Positions 45,053 to 54,220 of a stretch of 64,000 nt of DNA are shown piece after piece (within the stretch, counting starts at the first letter, position 1; the number at the start of each line of letters is the position of its first letter). The notes beneath the pieces were generated by a model. That model was not told where the DNA came from. It saw nothing but the letters and a program-made list of their open reading frames with translations, and made no database searches. The translations under genes were made by a program, and so were the position numbers. The stretch covers positions 7,822 to 71,821 of the IMG/VR virus record IMGVR_UViG_3300047561_001900. The stretch is one strand, 5' to 3'. This DNA comes from a virus. Its lineage: Duplodnaviria; Caudoviricetes.

Positions 45053-45711
45053 GCACCCCAGCTTGTACCGCTATACGGATTTCCCCAACCAGAAGATACT
45101 TTATTGCCAACAGCGGCACCATGCTCTTTATCCACAGCCTTCTGTATTTCAGGTGATGGGGCAGCTACAACATTAGCAACTGGTTGTGTCTGGGAAGTAA
45201 AATTAAGTTCATACTGCTCAGCTACAACTTTCTGATTGCCATTAGTTACAGTTGGTGTATTTGTATGCTTAAAGTCATAACTAACAATTGCAGAGTTTTT
45301 TTCATGCTCCCACACTTCGACTCTATCTACCCAACATCTGTTACTTGTAATGCCTCTCACATGGGCATCAGCCACATCAAAACACCATTCGGCTGTTCTC
45401 TCGATGCCCACGCCCCGCTGCATGACTCTCAAATCACAAACACCTGCAATATCCAGTTGCTTGAATAACTCAAGCTGAGGATCATCTGCTGATACACAAA
45501 ATGTATGATCAAACTGTTTCTCTAGAACCTGCTTAAGCTCCTTGAGCCCGCCAAAATCCACAACCCAATTTCTATCATCCAGGCGGTCACATGCAAACCA
45601 AAACTTTGCAATCAATCTATAGCCATGAATAAACTTGCAGTGACTATCTGCCTTCCATTGACGAAATGCACAACTCCCAAGTTCAATAATTTTAGTACTT
45701 TGATATTCCAT
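45049..45711 (-). CDS. queD: 6-carboxytetrahydropterin synthase
   Basis: CAFRQWKADSHCKFIHGY, WVVDFG, FDHT, VEVWEHEKNSA. Confidence 0.88.
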   Translation of the reverse strand: MEYQSTKIIELGSCAFRQWKADSHCKFIHGYRLIAKFWFACDRLDDRNWVVDFGGLKELKQVLEKQFDHTFCVSADDPQLELFKQLDIAGVCDLRVMQRGVGIERTAEWCFDVADAHVRGITSNRCWVDRVEVWEHEKNSAIVSYDFKHTNTPTVTNGNQKVVAEQYELNFTSQTQPVANVVAAPSPEIQKAVDKEHGAAVGNKVSSGWGNPYSGTSWGA

Positions 45712-45717
45712 ACCTAC

Positions 45718-45745
45718 ATTATAATGTGTATTAGCTGATTCTCAA
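45718..45745 (-). promoter_or_regulatory. Early promoter of queD
   Basis: TTGAGA-N16-TATAAT-N6-ATG. Confidence 0.75.
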
Positions 45746-45769
45746 CTAATTTTTTGTATAGAAGCCTAG

Positions 45770-46054
45770 TCAGTGATTCAACTGATTCTCTTTACACTCT
45801 TCACAACCATTGCAATCACAACCATCTTTAGCATACTTGCAATGACTTTCCACCGTCATTCCTTCTTTAAAGAACTTTTCAAGAAGATTATTAACAGTTT
45901 CATCAAAACTCTCTTTCTTAAGAAACTCTTTAATCTTTCTTTCTGGCATCTCAGCAGCTGCCTGCTTTGCTGCTCCAGTTACTTTTGATTTGCCCTTCTT
46001 AGCGCCCATGACGGCGCCAAAAAATCTCTTCTGTTTCTCTGATTTTGATGGCAT
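45770..46054 (-). CDS. DUF3008-like small protein
   Basis: MPSKSEKQKRFFGAVMGAKKG N-terminus; Cys-rich tail. Confidence 0.65.
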   Translation of the reverse strand: MPSKSEKQKRFFGAVMGAKKGKSKVTGAAKQAAAEMPERKIKEFLKKESFDETVNNLLEKFFKEGMTVESHCKYAKDGCDCNGCEECKENQLNH

Positions 46055-47361
46055 TATATTTCCTCTTTTATTATCTTGATCACAACCTTCAATTTATTTA
46101 GTTTTTCAGCAACAGATTTTCCTGCAAAATCGGGTTCTTTCTTCAATTCCTCGAAGAAAGCAATAACATCAGCTAGTTTTGATTTATCATAAGTCTTAAG
46201 ATCTTGTGCAAAATTCATAAGAATATCACTAAATTGTGCAAGCTTTTCAGCTTCTTGATATGACCCTTCAAACAGATCCTTCAAGAGCCGCTTTGCACGC
46301 ACAACATGTATCAACCCTTTGCTACTCTCTGGTGTTTTATCTGCCACATTGTATTTGAGTATCTTCACAAACCAGACATCTTCAGTTAATGTTATTTGCG
46401 CAGTACTGTACCGTTTCTGTCCGTTGATAATAAAGATGGCTTTGCCAGTTTTGCGTGGATTATCCAGTACTGAAAAGTCTAACATTATTCTATCTAACTT
46501 TGGGTACTGTGGTTGAATGTCTGTAACCATATATTTGATACCTTCTGCAGAATAATTAGCTGAAGCAACACTGCCTTTTAACTGATAATTCACAGGTCCT
46601 TGATTGTACGACAACTTAGGAAGACCTGTAAAGTACACAGTATTACCTTTGTATGGTATGTGTGGGTATTCCTTCGAGGCTAGCTTCAAGGACTTGAGAT
46701 CTATAAGATCTTGAACATTTAAGGTTTTTAAGAATGAAGCAAAGCGGGCCACTATATTGCGCTTACCTAGTGCCAATTCAGATGCTGTGTCAATTGCTGA
46801 CGCAACCATTCCTACACCCTTGGATATGCTGCCACCATTCTGTAGACTTCTAAGAATGCCTCCAGCTCTGTTTTGTTTGCGACCAAAGATTTCATCCAGA
46901 TCGTCACCATCTGCATTTGCAGCTGACAGTGCGGCAGCCTCAGTAAATGTGGTGTTTAGAAGTGTAACAGGGTCAATATTTGCTTGCTGCAAAAACGTTT
47001 CAATAAATTCTGGGTTGTTGCTGTTCCTGATTTGCATATATACAGGGCTCTCGGGACCATGACCTGCTTGCACAAGTGCAGCTAGTAGGTTACGCTTTAA
47101 GTTTTGAAAGGATGGGTTTATTGTGGGCTCTTCCACAGGCTCTACTTGTGTGACGCTTATTTGCTGTATGGGACTGACATGTGGAGGAACATTTATTATG
47201 TACACGCTTACTGTTGCACCACATTCCTCTAACACATACCCCTCAAAATAAGCCATATTTTCGTATCCAAAAACTGGCAGTTCAGAAGGATCTACCTTTA
47301 TTCTGACCCTCTTGAGCTTAGTGTTTCTGAGTGTATTTTCAATAAGTTTATTTAAAAGCAC
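46054..47361 (-). CDS. Hypothetical late protein
   Basis: 435 aa; GATAAATA-N4-GTG. Confidence 0.7.
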   Translation of the reverse strand: MLLNKLIENTLRNTKLKRVRIKVDPSELPVFGYENMAYFEGYVLEECGATVSVYIINVPPHVSPIQQISVTQVEPVEEPTINPSFQNLKRNLLAALVQAGHGPESPVYMQIRNSNNPEFIETFLQQANIDPVTLLNTTFTEAAALSAANADGDDLDEIFGRKQNRAGGILRSLQNGGSISKGVGMVASAIDTASELALGKRNIVARFASFLKTLNVQDLIDLKSLKLASKEYPHIPYKGNTVYFTGLPKLSYNQGPVNYQLKGSVASANYSAEGIKYMVTDIQPQYPKLDRIMLDFSVLDNPRKTGKAIFIINGQKRYSTAQITLTEDVWFVKILKYNVADKTPESSKGLIHVVRAKRLLKDLFEGSYQEAEKLAQFSDILMNFAQDLKTYDKSKLADVIAFFEELKKEPDFAGKSVAEKLNKLKVVIKIIKEEI

Positions 47362-47407
47362 ACATTATTTATCTTGATTAATGCAGTTTATTACTATAAT
47401 AACTTAT

Positions 47408-48061
47408 ATGTCTAATAAGAACAAGTTTGCTTATGCTAATCATAACCGTCCACACACCAAAGAAGAAACAGCACAAATCATAGAAAACGCTGCCAAAGCC
47501 TATGAAGCTTACATGGATGCATTGGGATATGATTGGAGGAACGATCCTAACAGTGCCAACACACCACATAGAGTTGCAAAAGCGTTTGTTGAAGACTTCG
47601 CGTCAGGTTGTTACAGCAATCCACCCAAGGTAACTGCATTCATAAATGTGGATCGTTATGATGGCATGGTGTGTCAGAATAATATCAAGTTAACGTCATT
47701 GTGTTCACATCATCATGCACCATTCACTGGGCATGCTCATGTTGCATACATACCATCAACAGATGGCAAGGTTATTGGACTGAGCAAGTTGAATAGAATT
47801 GTGGATTGGTTTGCTCGCAGACCACAAGTGCAAGAAAACCTCACAATACAAATTCATGCTTATATTGATAAGGTGTGTGAGAAGAATAATGGTGTTGCAG
47901 TTATGATTGAAGCAGCTCATACATGTTGCTCAAATAGAGGCATCAGACATGATTCAACTATGCGTACTGCCAGAATGTCTGGTGCATTCCTGGATAATGA
48001 TGACAATTCACGAGCTGAGTTTTATAAGTTTGTAGAATTCTCTCATTCCAATCGAACCTAG
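47408..48061 (+). CDS. folE: GTP cyclohydrolase I
   Basis: TPHRVAK, SLCSHHHAPF, GLSKLNRIV, RRPQVQE, HTCCSNRG; start refined to MSNKNKF. Confidence 0.92.
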   Translation: MSNKNKFAYANHNRPHTKEETAQIIENAAKAYEAYMDALGYDWRNDPNSANTPHRVAKAFVEDFASGCYSNPPKVTAFINVDRYDGMVCQNNIKLTSLCSHHHAPFTGHAHVAYIPSTDGKVIGLSKLNRIVDWFARRPQVQENLTIQIHAYIDKVCEKNNGVAVMIEAAHTCCSNRGIRHDSTMRTARMSGAFLDNDDNSRAEFYKFVEFSHSNRT

Positions 48062-48062
48062 G

Positions 48063-48479
48063 CTAAGAGCTGAGGTTGTTGTTGATATTGACATTGACAA
48101 CACCACCATTTTGTTGAATAAAATCCTTGCAAAGCAAAACAGGATTGTCTTGATTGGTTCTGTCAGCAAGACTGAAGGGAGTTTTGTTGAATTGCTCTTT
48201 GCCTATGCTGCAATCCAACTCAACAACAACTCTATCATTGATGTTATTGTTGCCTGAAACTGTGATATTATCTTTGATGGGAAGCTCTAGTACTTTGTCG
48301 CCAACAGTTTTAAATTTTACATGACCAGGTTTAGCATCTTTTAATACTATTGCATGCAATACATTATACCCATTATTGCCTGTGTCCACAGTAGCTCGTA
48401 CATTTCCAACATGTTGAATAGTAATGCCTTCTGTTGAACCAAGTATTTGCTCATAAAAAAATTCTTTAAAACTGCGCAT
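48063..48479 (-). CDS. Retropepsin-like (RimK-associated type) putative protease with capsid-targeting-like N-terminus
   Basis: ATVDTGN, FSLADR...PVLLCKDF; N-term MRSFKEFFYE. Confidence 0.75.
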   Translation of the reverse strand: MRSFKEFFYEQILGSTEGITIQHVGNVRATVDTGNNGYNVLHAIVLKDAKPGHVKFKTVGDKVLELPIKDNITVSGNNNINDRVVVELDCSIGKEQFNKTPFSLADRTNQDNPVLLCKDFIQQNGGVVNVNINNNLSS

Positions 48480-48485
48480 ATTAAG

Positions 48486-48503
48486 TATTTAGTGCTATAA
48501 ATA
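48486..48503. promoter_or_regulatory. Back-to-back divergent late promoters
   Basis: ACTAAATA on minus (48486-48493) and TATAAATA on plus (48496-48503), each 6 nt from an ATG. Confidence 0.7.
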
Positions 48504-48509
48504 TATAAA

Positions 48510-49058
48510 ATGAATAAGAAAAACGAGCTTATTAAAATTTCTGAAGCTTATAACGAAGTTGTTGTGAATGAATTGAACCTTGGACCTGGTGCAGAATCAA
48601 CAGCAATGGCTCCTTCCAATAACACGCCAACAGTGCTGAAGATAAGCGATAATAAAGCGTGTGAGGATGGTGAGGAAGGTTGCGAGACAGGGATGCCTGC
48701 TGCAGGCACAGGTGAAACAGATGCAGACATGGCAAAGAACGAGCTCTACAAGCTGCACAATGCTTCAAAAGAGCTATACAATCTAATCAAAGATGGTGAC
48801 GATCTCGAGCCTTGGGTGTTCAGTAAAATCACTATAGCAGCAAGTTATATTGAAGGTGTAAGAAATTATTTGGAATATAATAAGTTTAAAACTCAGGGTG
48901 AATTTGCCCCTGACCATGACGCACATGAATTTAAAATTGTTTCCAGAATCAGAGATATGCTGCATGGTGAAAACAAAGAAGTGTTAGAAACAGTGTTGCG
49001 GCAGACCATTTTTAATCTTGAAGCCATCAAGACAATCGAAGAACACAAAGAAAAATAA
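48510..49058 (+). CDS. Probable head-associated protein
   Basis: ISEAY N-term; DLEPWVFSKITIAASYI motif seen in T4-like phage proteins. Confidence 0.7.
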   Translation: MNKKNELIKISEAYNEVVVNELNLGPGAESTAMAPSNNTPTVLKISDNKACEDGEEGCETGMPAAGTGETDADMAKNELYKLHNASKELYNLIKDGDDLEPWVFSKITIAASYIEGVRNYLEYNKFKTQGEFAPDHDAHEFKIVSRIRDMLHGENKEVLETVLRQTIFNLEAIKTIEEHKEK

Positions 49059-49059
49059 A

Positions 49060-50415
49060 TTAAAATTTGCCACCCAGGAGACGGTTCATCTTGGTAAAGT
49101 CTACCCGGTCAACTATCTTGACTTGATTGTTACCAACAAACAACACATACCCCTCGTCCTTAGCTTTAGCATAAGAACCATCAGGTAGTTGATAGAATGC
49201 ATGCGATGTCAATCTGGTGTCCAGCTGGGAAAGAATTTGCAGTATGAAAAACTTCACATGTATCATTTCATATGTGGCGTGTATCAAGCTTTCCAGACTT
49301 TTACGATGCATGTCAAGAAAATCCATTATGCTAGAAATCTTTTGTTTTCTTGCTGCCTTACCCCTTTCACCTAATTCCTCCATGCCTTTGACAATACGGT
49401 CATTCACAAATGCCTTGAACCCTTCAAAAAACTGCGCTGTATCAAACTTAGCACCTGTTTTAGCAGCACCAAAAATTCCATTATCTTGCAAATCCACTTG
49501 TTTATTCAAATAAATTTTTAACAGCGGCAATATTTGACCACCCATTGATCCTCTTGCTGAAGAAACATACTCTTGATCAAACTTATTATCAATACTATTA
49601 ACATGCTTAGTAGCCGCAGCAATTGTTTTTTCTATGTCATGCACCATTTTGTCTGGCATGTCAAAAGATACTTCACCGTAGTTGCTACCCCTTACAAAAG
49701 CTTTAGTACCTTGGCTGCTACTAATTAGAGACGATATGTTTTTCCCAGCAGGCTTCAACTTGATACTCTTGCCATTCTCACTCACAACACCCATGAACGA
49801 ATCATGCACTATAATACCAACATTGCTGCTATTGATACTGGCAAACAGAGGTGACTTATCGTCAATAGGAACAGTATACATAATTGTGTTCGGTTTAAAC
49901 GCAATGTATTCCTCATTTCCTATTGTGACTCTACTTTTATCTGCAGGCGAAGTAAAGAGCACGTCAGCTTGATAGATTTTACCACTATTATCATAAGCCG
50001 GTTTAAGATTTAAAAGCAAACTCTTGAGTTTAGTTGCAAGCTCTTGCTTACCACCAAAGCTTTGATCTATCTCTTGCTCGCTATGCAACAGCTTGGCATT
50101 TTCTTTGAGTGCATCAGTACTCTCATCTATTACATATTTCAAAGCAACAAAAAATTGTTTATTAGCTTCTGGACGAGGGTCAGCGCCAAACAGAATGGAC
50201 GGGGCACCATCAATCTTGGCATTAATTTCCTGCTCTGATTCAAATCCTTTTAATTTGTTTATTATGCCTGCGGTTTGTATGATAAAACTATTGAATCCGT
50301 TCTTACCGCCTTCTATAGCCAAATCTTCCAAATGTGAAAGATGTGGGGAGAAGTAAGTATCTTTTTCCAGAAGAATTTCGTTTTCAGATAGTAGATAGGT
50401 TTTAAAGCTAATCAT
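49060..50415 (-). CDS. DUF6267-like conserved T4-like phage protein
   Basis: HLSHLEDL, KIDGAPSILFG, FKPNTI, EGYV, KIVDR motifs; N-term MISFKTYLLSE. Confidence 0.65.
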   Translation of the reverse strand: MISFKTYLLSENEILLEKDTYFSPHLSHLEDLAIEGGKNGFNSFIIQTAGIINKLKGFESEQEINAKIDGAPSILFGADPRPEANKQFFVALKYVIDESTDALKENAKLLHSEQEIDQSFGGKQELATKLKSLLLNLKPAYDNSGKIYQADVLFTSPADKSRVTIGNEEYIAFKPNTIMYTVPIDDKSPLFASINSSNVGIIVHDSFMGVVSENGKSIKLKPAGKNISSLISSSQGTKAFVRGSNYGEVSFDMPDKMVHDIEKTIAAATKHVNSIDNKFDQEYVSSARGSMGGQILPLLKIYLNKQVDLQDNGIFGAAKTGAKFDTAQFFEGFKAFVNDRIVKGMEELGERGKAARKQKISSIMDFLDMHRKSLESLIHATYEMIHVKFFILQILSQLDTRLTSHAFYQLPDGSYAKAKDEGYVLFVGNNQVKIVDRVDFTKMNRLLGGKF

Positions 50416-51035
50416 TTTACTAGCTTTCTATAAATCTCTTGCTTGCCTTGAATGGCAATATCTGGCAAGAAAGTTAGGAATTTTGTCTCTTGCTTATTCT
50501 TTAATGCCTCTCTAGCTTGTGTAGCTGAAGCTAGTCTGGAAACATTACCATGATTAATACTAGATACATTCTTGCCTGTATAAATTTGTTTATTAGGACC
50601 AGTGAAGGCATTAAAGCGTACTAAATCCTCTTGACTTGCATATAAGTTCACAGTGTAAGGTGCAGGTGACCCTTGCAACATTTTTGCAATCTTATCAGCA
50701 TCAGGCAATGGATTAGCAACTTTCGGTGTCGATGAAAATTGCCCATTATTCAATATATCTACAATCTGATAGATTGCAGTCACAGGGGACCCAGTAATGG
50801 TATGTATGTAAACATTTTTGGGAAGATATTCTTTGTACATGTTCCAAATTTCATATGAATCTGCTGTTGTGATACCATCTCGATCTGAACCTGAAATTAA
50901 TACAACAGCCATGTCGTTGTCGGTGGCCGCTTGTTTAGCAGTATCAAAATGTCCTTTGTGTGGCGGTTTAAATGCTCCTGGGAAAAAACCTATTGATGTG
51001 CCTTTTTGCTCTACAAAGAGCTTAAAAGATTTCAT
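50412..51035 (-). CDS. HxGH nucleotidyltransferase (cytidylyltransferase-like)
   Basis: FFPGAFKPPHKGHF, SATQAR; N-term MKSFKLFVE. Confidence 0.8.
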   Translation of the reverse strand: MKSFKLFVEQKGTSIGFFPGAFKPPHKGHFDTAKQAATDNDMAVVLISGSDRDGITTADSYEIWNMYKEYLPKNVYIHTITGSPVTAIYQIVDILNNGQFSSTPKVANPLPDADKIAKMLQGSPAPYTVNLYASQEDLVRFNAFTGPNKQIYTGKNVSSINHGNVSRLASATQAREALKNKQETKFLTFLPDIAIQGKQEIYRKLVK

Positions 51036-52213
51036 GGTTTTAACCTAATTTTTGGTTTATTTTGCGATAGTCTATTATTTTCTATAAATTGTGTTAACTG
51101 ATTTTTAGGAATATATTTAAACTTAGTTGCATCCACAATGAACAATCCTGCAAACGTAGATTGTTTAGGAAATATATTAAAAACATCATTTCTGAAAGTT
51201 GTTATCAAATTCTGTATATCTTCTAGTAAATTTCTATTTCTAATCTCTTGAATGAAAGTATCCAATGTTGCACAGTATCTTTCATCTCCAGAAAACTCAC
51301 ACCGCTTGCTAGCCAAATCCCTATCTAAAGACTCTAACTCTCTCTCTACTTGTTTATAAAAATTTGCTTTATTATCACCCTCCACACCATACATTTCCTT
51401 CTTACTGATTAAATCAAGCAATGCCTGTACTCTAGGATTTTTTGCCCCTGCCACATTTGACATGGTTTGATTGCTCTGCAATTCAATGATTGAATTAACA
51501 GCAGTTAAAATAGATGGTTCCGTACTCCAGTCTGAACCCTTATTTCGCGCACAAAAAATACCTGGCGCACCTAATAATCTCGATGGTAGCTCGGACAATT
51601 TGCCTTCACTGAACTTGCTAAGATATACGCCAAGATTAAATTTTTCTATATTAAATTTCCGTTTCAATAGACCATTAACTTCATCTTGTGTTTCTCTCGT
51701 TAAGGAACTGTAGAGGCTTCTAATAATTTTTGCTGCAGTAATAAGACCTTGTTTCAACGTATTAGCAGTATCAATTCCCTCTACACCAATTCTTACATCG
51801 AGATCACCTTTGTCATTAAGCTGCTTCACTTCATACTCTTTACCACCATACGCTACATCAAACGTTGCATTTCCACCTTGCACAAGATTGTCTTTATCTA
51901 TCTCCTTTCTATCCTTTAAACCAGAGAGAAAAGAGGCAACACTATACTCACCTCTGCCTTCACCAGTGGTACCGGCAGTTAATTCAAATAAATTTTGCGG
52001 AACATTTACACTACTCCATGTTGTCCAGTCTGTAATCTGGGTTGGATTAAATTTGACTGGTTGTGCAGCTGGTATAGCATTTGTTGGTGTGGCTGCAGGA
52101 TCAGATGGTACTGGTGCTTGTTCTTGCATTCTAACTGCTTGTCTCGGAAGAGGAGGTACATGCTTGAGCATGACTTGACCTGAGTATAGATCTTTTAAAG
52201 ATGTATATGCCAC
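51032..52213 (-). CDS. Hypothetical protein, possible PD-(D/E)xK nuclease fold
   Basis: GRGEY...FDV...YEVKQ pattern (weak). Confidence 0.55.
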   Translation of the reverse strand: MAYTSLKDLYSGQVMLKHVPPLPRQAVRMQEQAPVPSDPAATPTNAIPAAQPVKFNPTQITDWTTWSSVNVPQNLFELTAGTTGEGRGEYSVASFLSGLKDRKEIDKDNLVQGGNATFDVAYGGKEYEVKQLNDKGDLDVRIGVEGIDTANTLKQGLITAAKIIRSLYSSLTRETQDEVNGLLKRKFNIEKFNLGVYLSKFSEGKLSELPSRLLGAPGIFCARNKGSDWSTEPSILTAVNSIIELQSNQTMSNVAGAKNPRVQALLDLISKKEMYGVEGDNKANFYKQVERELESLDRDLASKRCEFSGDERYCATLDTFIQEIRNRNLLEDIQNLITTFRNDVFNIFPKQSTFAGLFIVDATKFKYIPKNQLTQFIENNRLSQNKPKIRLKP

Positions 52214-52241
52214 TTATTATTTATTAAAGCTTTATAAAGTT

Positions 52242-52586
52242 TTATGTTTTATCTACGTCTATATTAACAGCATCAATCTGCATTATCTTAATAATTTTAT
52301 TAAGTATATCAGAAGCATTCTTTTCATCAGTATCAGGTAAATCTTTCAACACCTTGAGCTCTACATCACCAGGATTCATGAATAGCGCTTTCCTGAGCAA
52401 GTTGATTATAAAGACTTCACCCTCGGGGGTCAAGGGCTTTTGTTGTTGTGGCTCCACCTGAGCTGTGGGGACTGCTTGTGGTGCAGCAACAGGTGCCTCG
52501 GCTGCAGGTACATTGATCTCTGGCTGCACTGGTGTTTGCTCCAGCAAATTGCCAAATTTTGTTGCAATTAGATCATTGAATCTCAT
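52242..52586 (-). CDS. Hypothetical late protein
   Basis: 114 aa; LLEQ then Pro-rich linker. Confidence 0.65.
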   Translation of the reverse strand: MRFNDLIATKFGNLLEQTPVQPEINVPAAEAPVAAPQAVPTAQVEPQQQKPLTPEGEVFIINLLRKALFMNPGDVELKVLKDLPDTDEKNASDILNKIIKIMQIDAVNIDVDKT

Positions 52587-52945
52587 GAAGCTGGTGTAAG
52601 TGCAGTTGCAGTTGGTGTTGTGGCAGGAATTTGTGACGAAGCTTGCTTTAATTGGCTAGTGGCTTCTTCAGCTTTCTTCTTCAATGCATCAGCAACTTGC
52701 TTATAAATTGTATCTAATTCCAGCTTTTTCTTAGCTAGTTCAGGGTCTTGTTGTACCTTGAGAGTATCATTAATAACCTTTCCAAGATTAGGTGCTTGAC
52801 TAACAGATGAAGTGGAGGGTGTGGAAGGGGTCGAAGGTGTGGTTGAAGTTGCTCCAGGTATGCTTGATACATACTCCATAACCCATTGTGGCGGATCAAT
52901 TTCTAATTTTCTATACTTCTCAATGATTTGCATTAAAAACTTCAT
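52583..52945 (-). CDS. Hypothetical late protein
   Basis: 120 aa; CATAAATA-N7-ATG; TPS repeats. Confidence 0.65.
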   Translation of the reverse strand: MKFLMQIIEKYRKLEIDPPQWVMEYVSSIPGATSTTPSTPSTPSTSSVSQAPNLGKVINDTLKVQQDPELAKKKLELDTIYKQVADALKKKAEEATSQLKQASSQIPATTPTATALTPAS

Positions 52946-52955
52946 TATAAGATAT

Positions 52956-53495
52956 TTATGTTAAGAACAGCCCTAATTTTACTTTGAAATTGCTATTCAA
53001 TTCACCTTGGATTTTTTGTATCCCGTTTTTAAGTAAAAGTTTATCTAATTTCATGAGATCAGGATGTTTAAGATGACGTGCATACATAAAATTAACTCTG
53101 GCCCGGGCCTCTTTACCCTCCCCTGTTGTGGATATTAATAGATGCACAAACTCATTAAAACTCAAATCATCCACATGCAAACTCAAAGATAAAATTGCAG
53201 CTAATTTGCGGAATAAATTAATTACAAACAGTTGACTGTCACCTATATGTTCTGCCTGTAGTTCTCTTGGAACAAACAACAACAGCTTCTTGCCACTGTT
53301 AACATTATTGTTTAATGTATCTAAAATAAAACTCACCACCCTGTAAACTATGAATCTCCTCAACAACCGTCTATTTTTTTCCAAATTATACTTGAACACA
53401 TCTGCAGTCACACATGGTTCAATTTCTTCAGTAAAAGCTCGCTGAACGTCTACTATCTTGTAATCAAGAGTTTTTATGTCTTTAATATATCCCAC
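52956..53495 (-). CDS. Hypothetical early protein
   Basis: 179 aa, GTG start behind early promoter. Confidence 0.7.
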   Translation of the reverse strand: MGYIKDIKTLDYKIVDVQRAFTEEIEPCVTADVFKYNLEKNRRLLRRFIVYRVVSFILDTLNNNVNSGKKLLLFVPRELQAEHIGDSQLFVINLFRKLAAILSLSLHVDDLSFNEFVHLLISTTGEGKEARARVNFMYARHLKHPDLMKLDKLLLKNGIQKIQGELNSNFKVKLGLFLT

Positions 53496-53501
53496 AATTT
53501 C

Positions 53502-53529
53502 ATTATATATGAAATTATATAGCAGTCAA
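53502..53529 (-). promoter_or_regulatory. Early promoter
   Basis: TTGACT-N16-TATAAT-N6-GTG. Confidence 0.8.
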
Positions 53530-53943
53530 TTATATTTTAAAATCTTTTGGTGGGGTTCCAATTCGGACATTAAGAATACCGTTATAGTAATCTTCACTGA
53601 GAATTACATCACGATATATTTGTTCTTTAATTTCTCTGTAACCTAGTTCCCACTTGGATCCACAAAAGTGTAATATGGTGAAACGGAATTTATCTTTGCC
53701 GTATTTTTCTATGTCTGCATTCAGTTCATTTGAAGAGCCAGTGTACACCTTCCAATCAGATTCTTTTAATTCTATTCTTTTATTCTTGCGACCTTTGAGA
53801 GGCTTTCTCTTGAGCTTTGATATGCATTGCTTTTTGCCAATGTATTTTCTGTTAGTTACACTATTGCAAATTTCGTATATGAATCCAAATGCTGTTTCTT
53901 GAGGTGCAACACCTGCAGCTAATTCCCAGTGGCCAAGATTCAT
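53530..53943 (-). CDS. GIY-YIG family endonuclease
   Basis: GFIYEI...KYIGKK, ESDWKVYTGSS, YYNG. Confidence 0.8.
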   Translation of the reverse strand: MNLGHWELAAGVAPQETAFGFIYEICNSVTNRKYIGKKQCISKLKRKPLKGRKNKRIELKESDWKVYTGSSNELNADIEKYGKDKFRFTILHFCGSKWELGYREIKEQIYRDVILSEDYYNGILNVRIGTPPKDFKI

Positions 53944-54182
53944 CAGAAGTATTTAAACAAACTTCTTCGTTGTACAAGAGGTACGCGCCCCTTTTTGCCT
54001 TTTTTGCTTTTTTTGCCGACAAACGTTGCCCCTAGAAATGTAGGTACCCGTGCATCAATAGGTGCATAGAAATCTGAATTCCCTACTGCTCCACCATGTC
54101 CCATGCTGGGTGCATCACCAAAAACACCTCCTGCACCTGCAGCATTATCCTCTTGCATAACAAATTCTTTAAATGTTTTCAT
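53943..54182 (-). CDS. Small probable internal head protein
   Basis: N-term MKTFKEFVMQE, essentially the T4 IPI-type start. Confidence 0.7.
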   Translation of the reverse strand: MKTFKEFVMQEDNAAGAGGVFGDAPSMGHGGAVGNSDFYAPIDARVPTFLGATFVGKKSKKGKKGRVPLVQRRSLFKYF

Positions 54183-54186
54183 GGTA

Positions 54187-54214
54187 TTGATTTCTGTATA
54201 TATGAATATATTAT
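54187..54214 (+). promoter_or_regulatory. Early promoter of uvsY-uvsW
   Basis: TTGATT-N16-TATTAT-N6-ATG(54221). Confidence 0.65.
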
Positions 54215-54220
54215 GTATTT

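Noticed and set aside
53530-53943. Mobile homing endonuclease or intron
   Set aside because: A short stand-alone GIY-YIG gene tightly coupled to its neighbours, with no interrupted host gene or intron structure visible.
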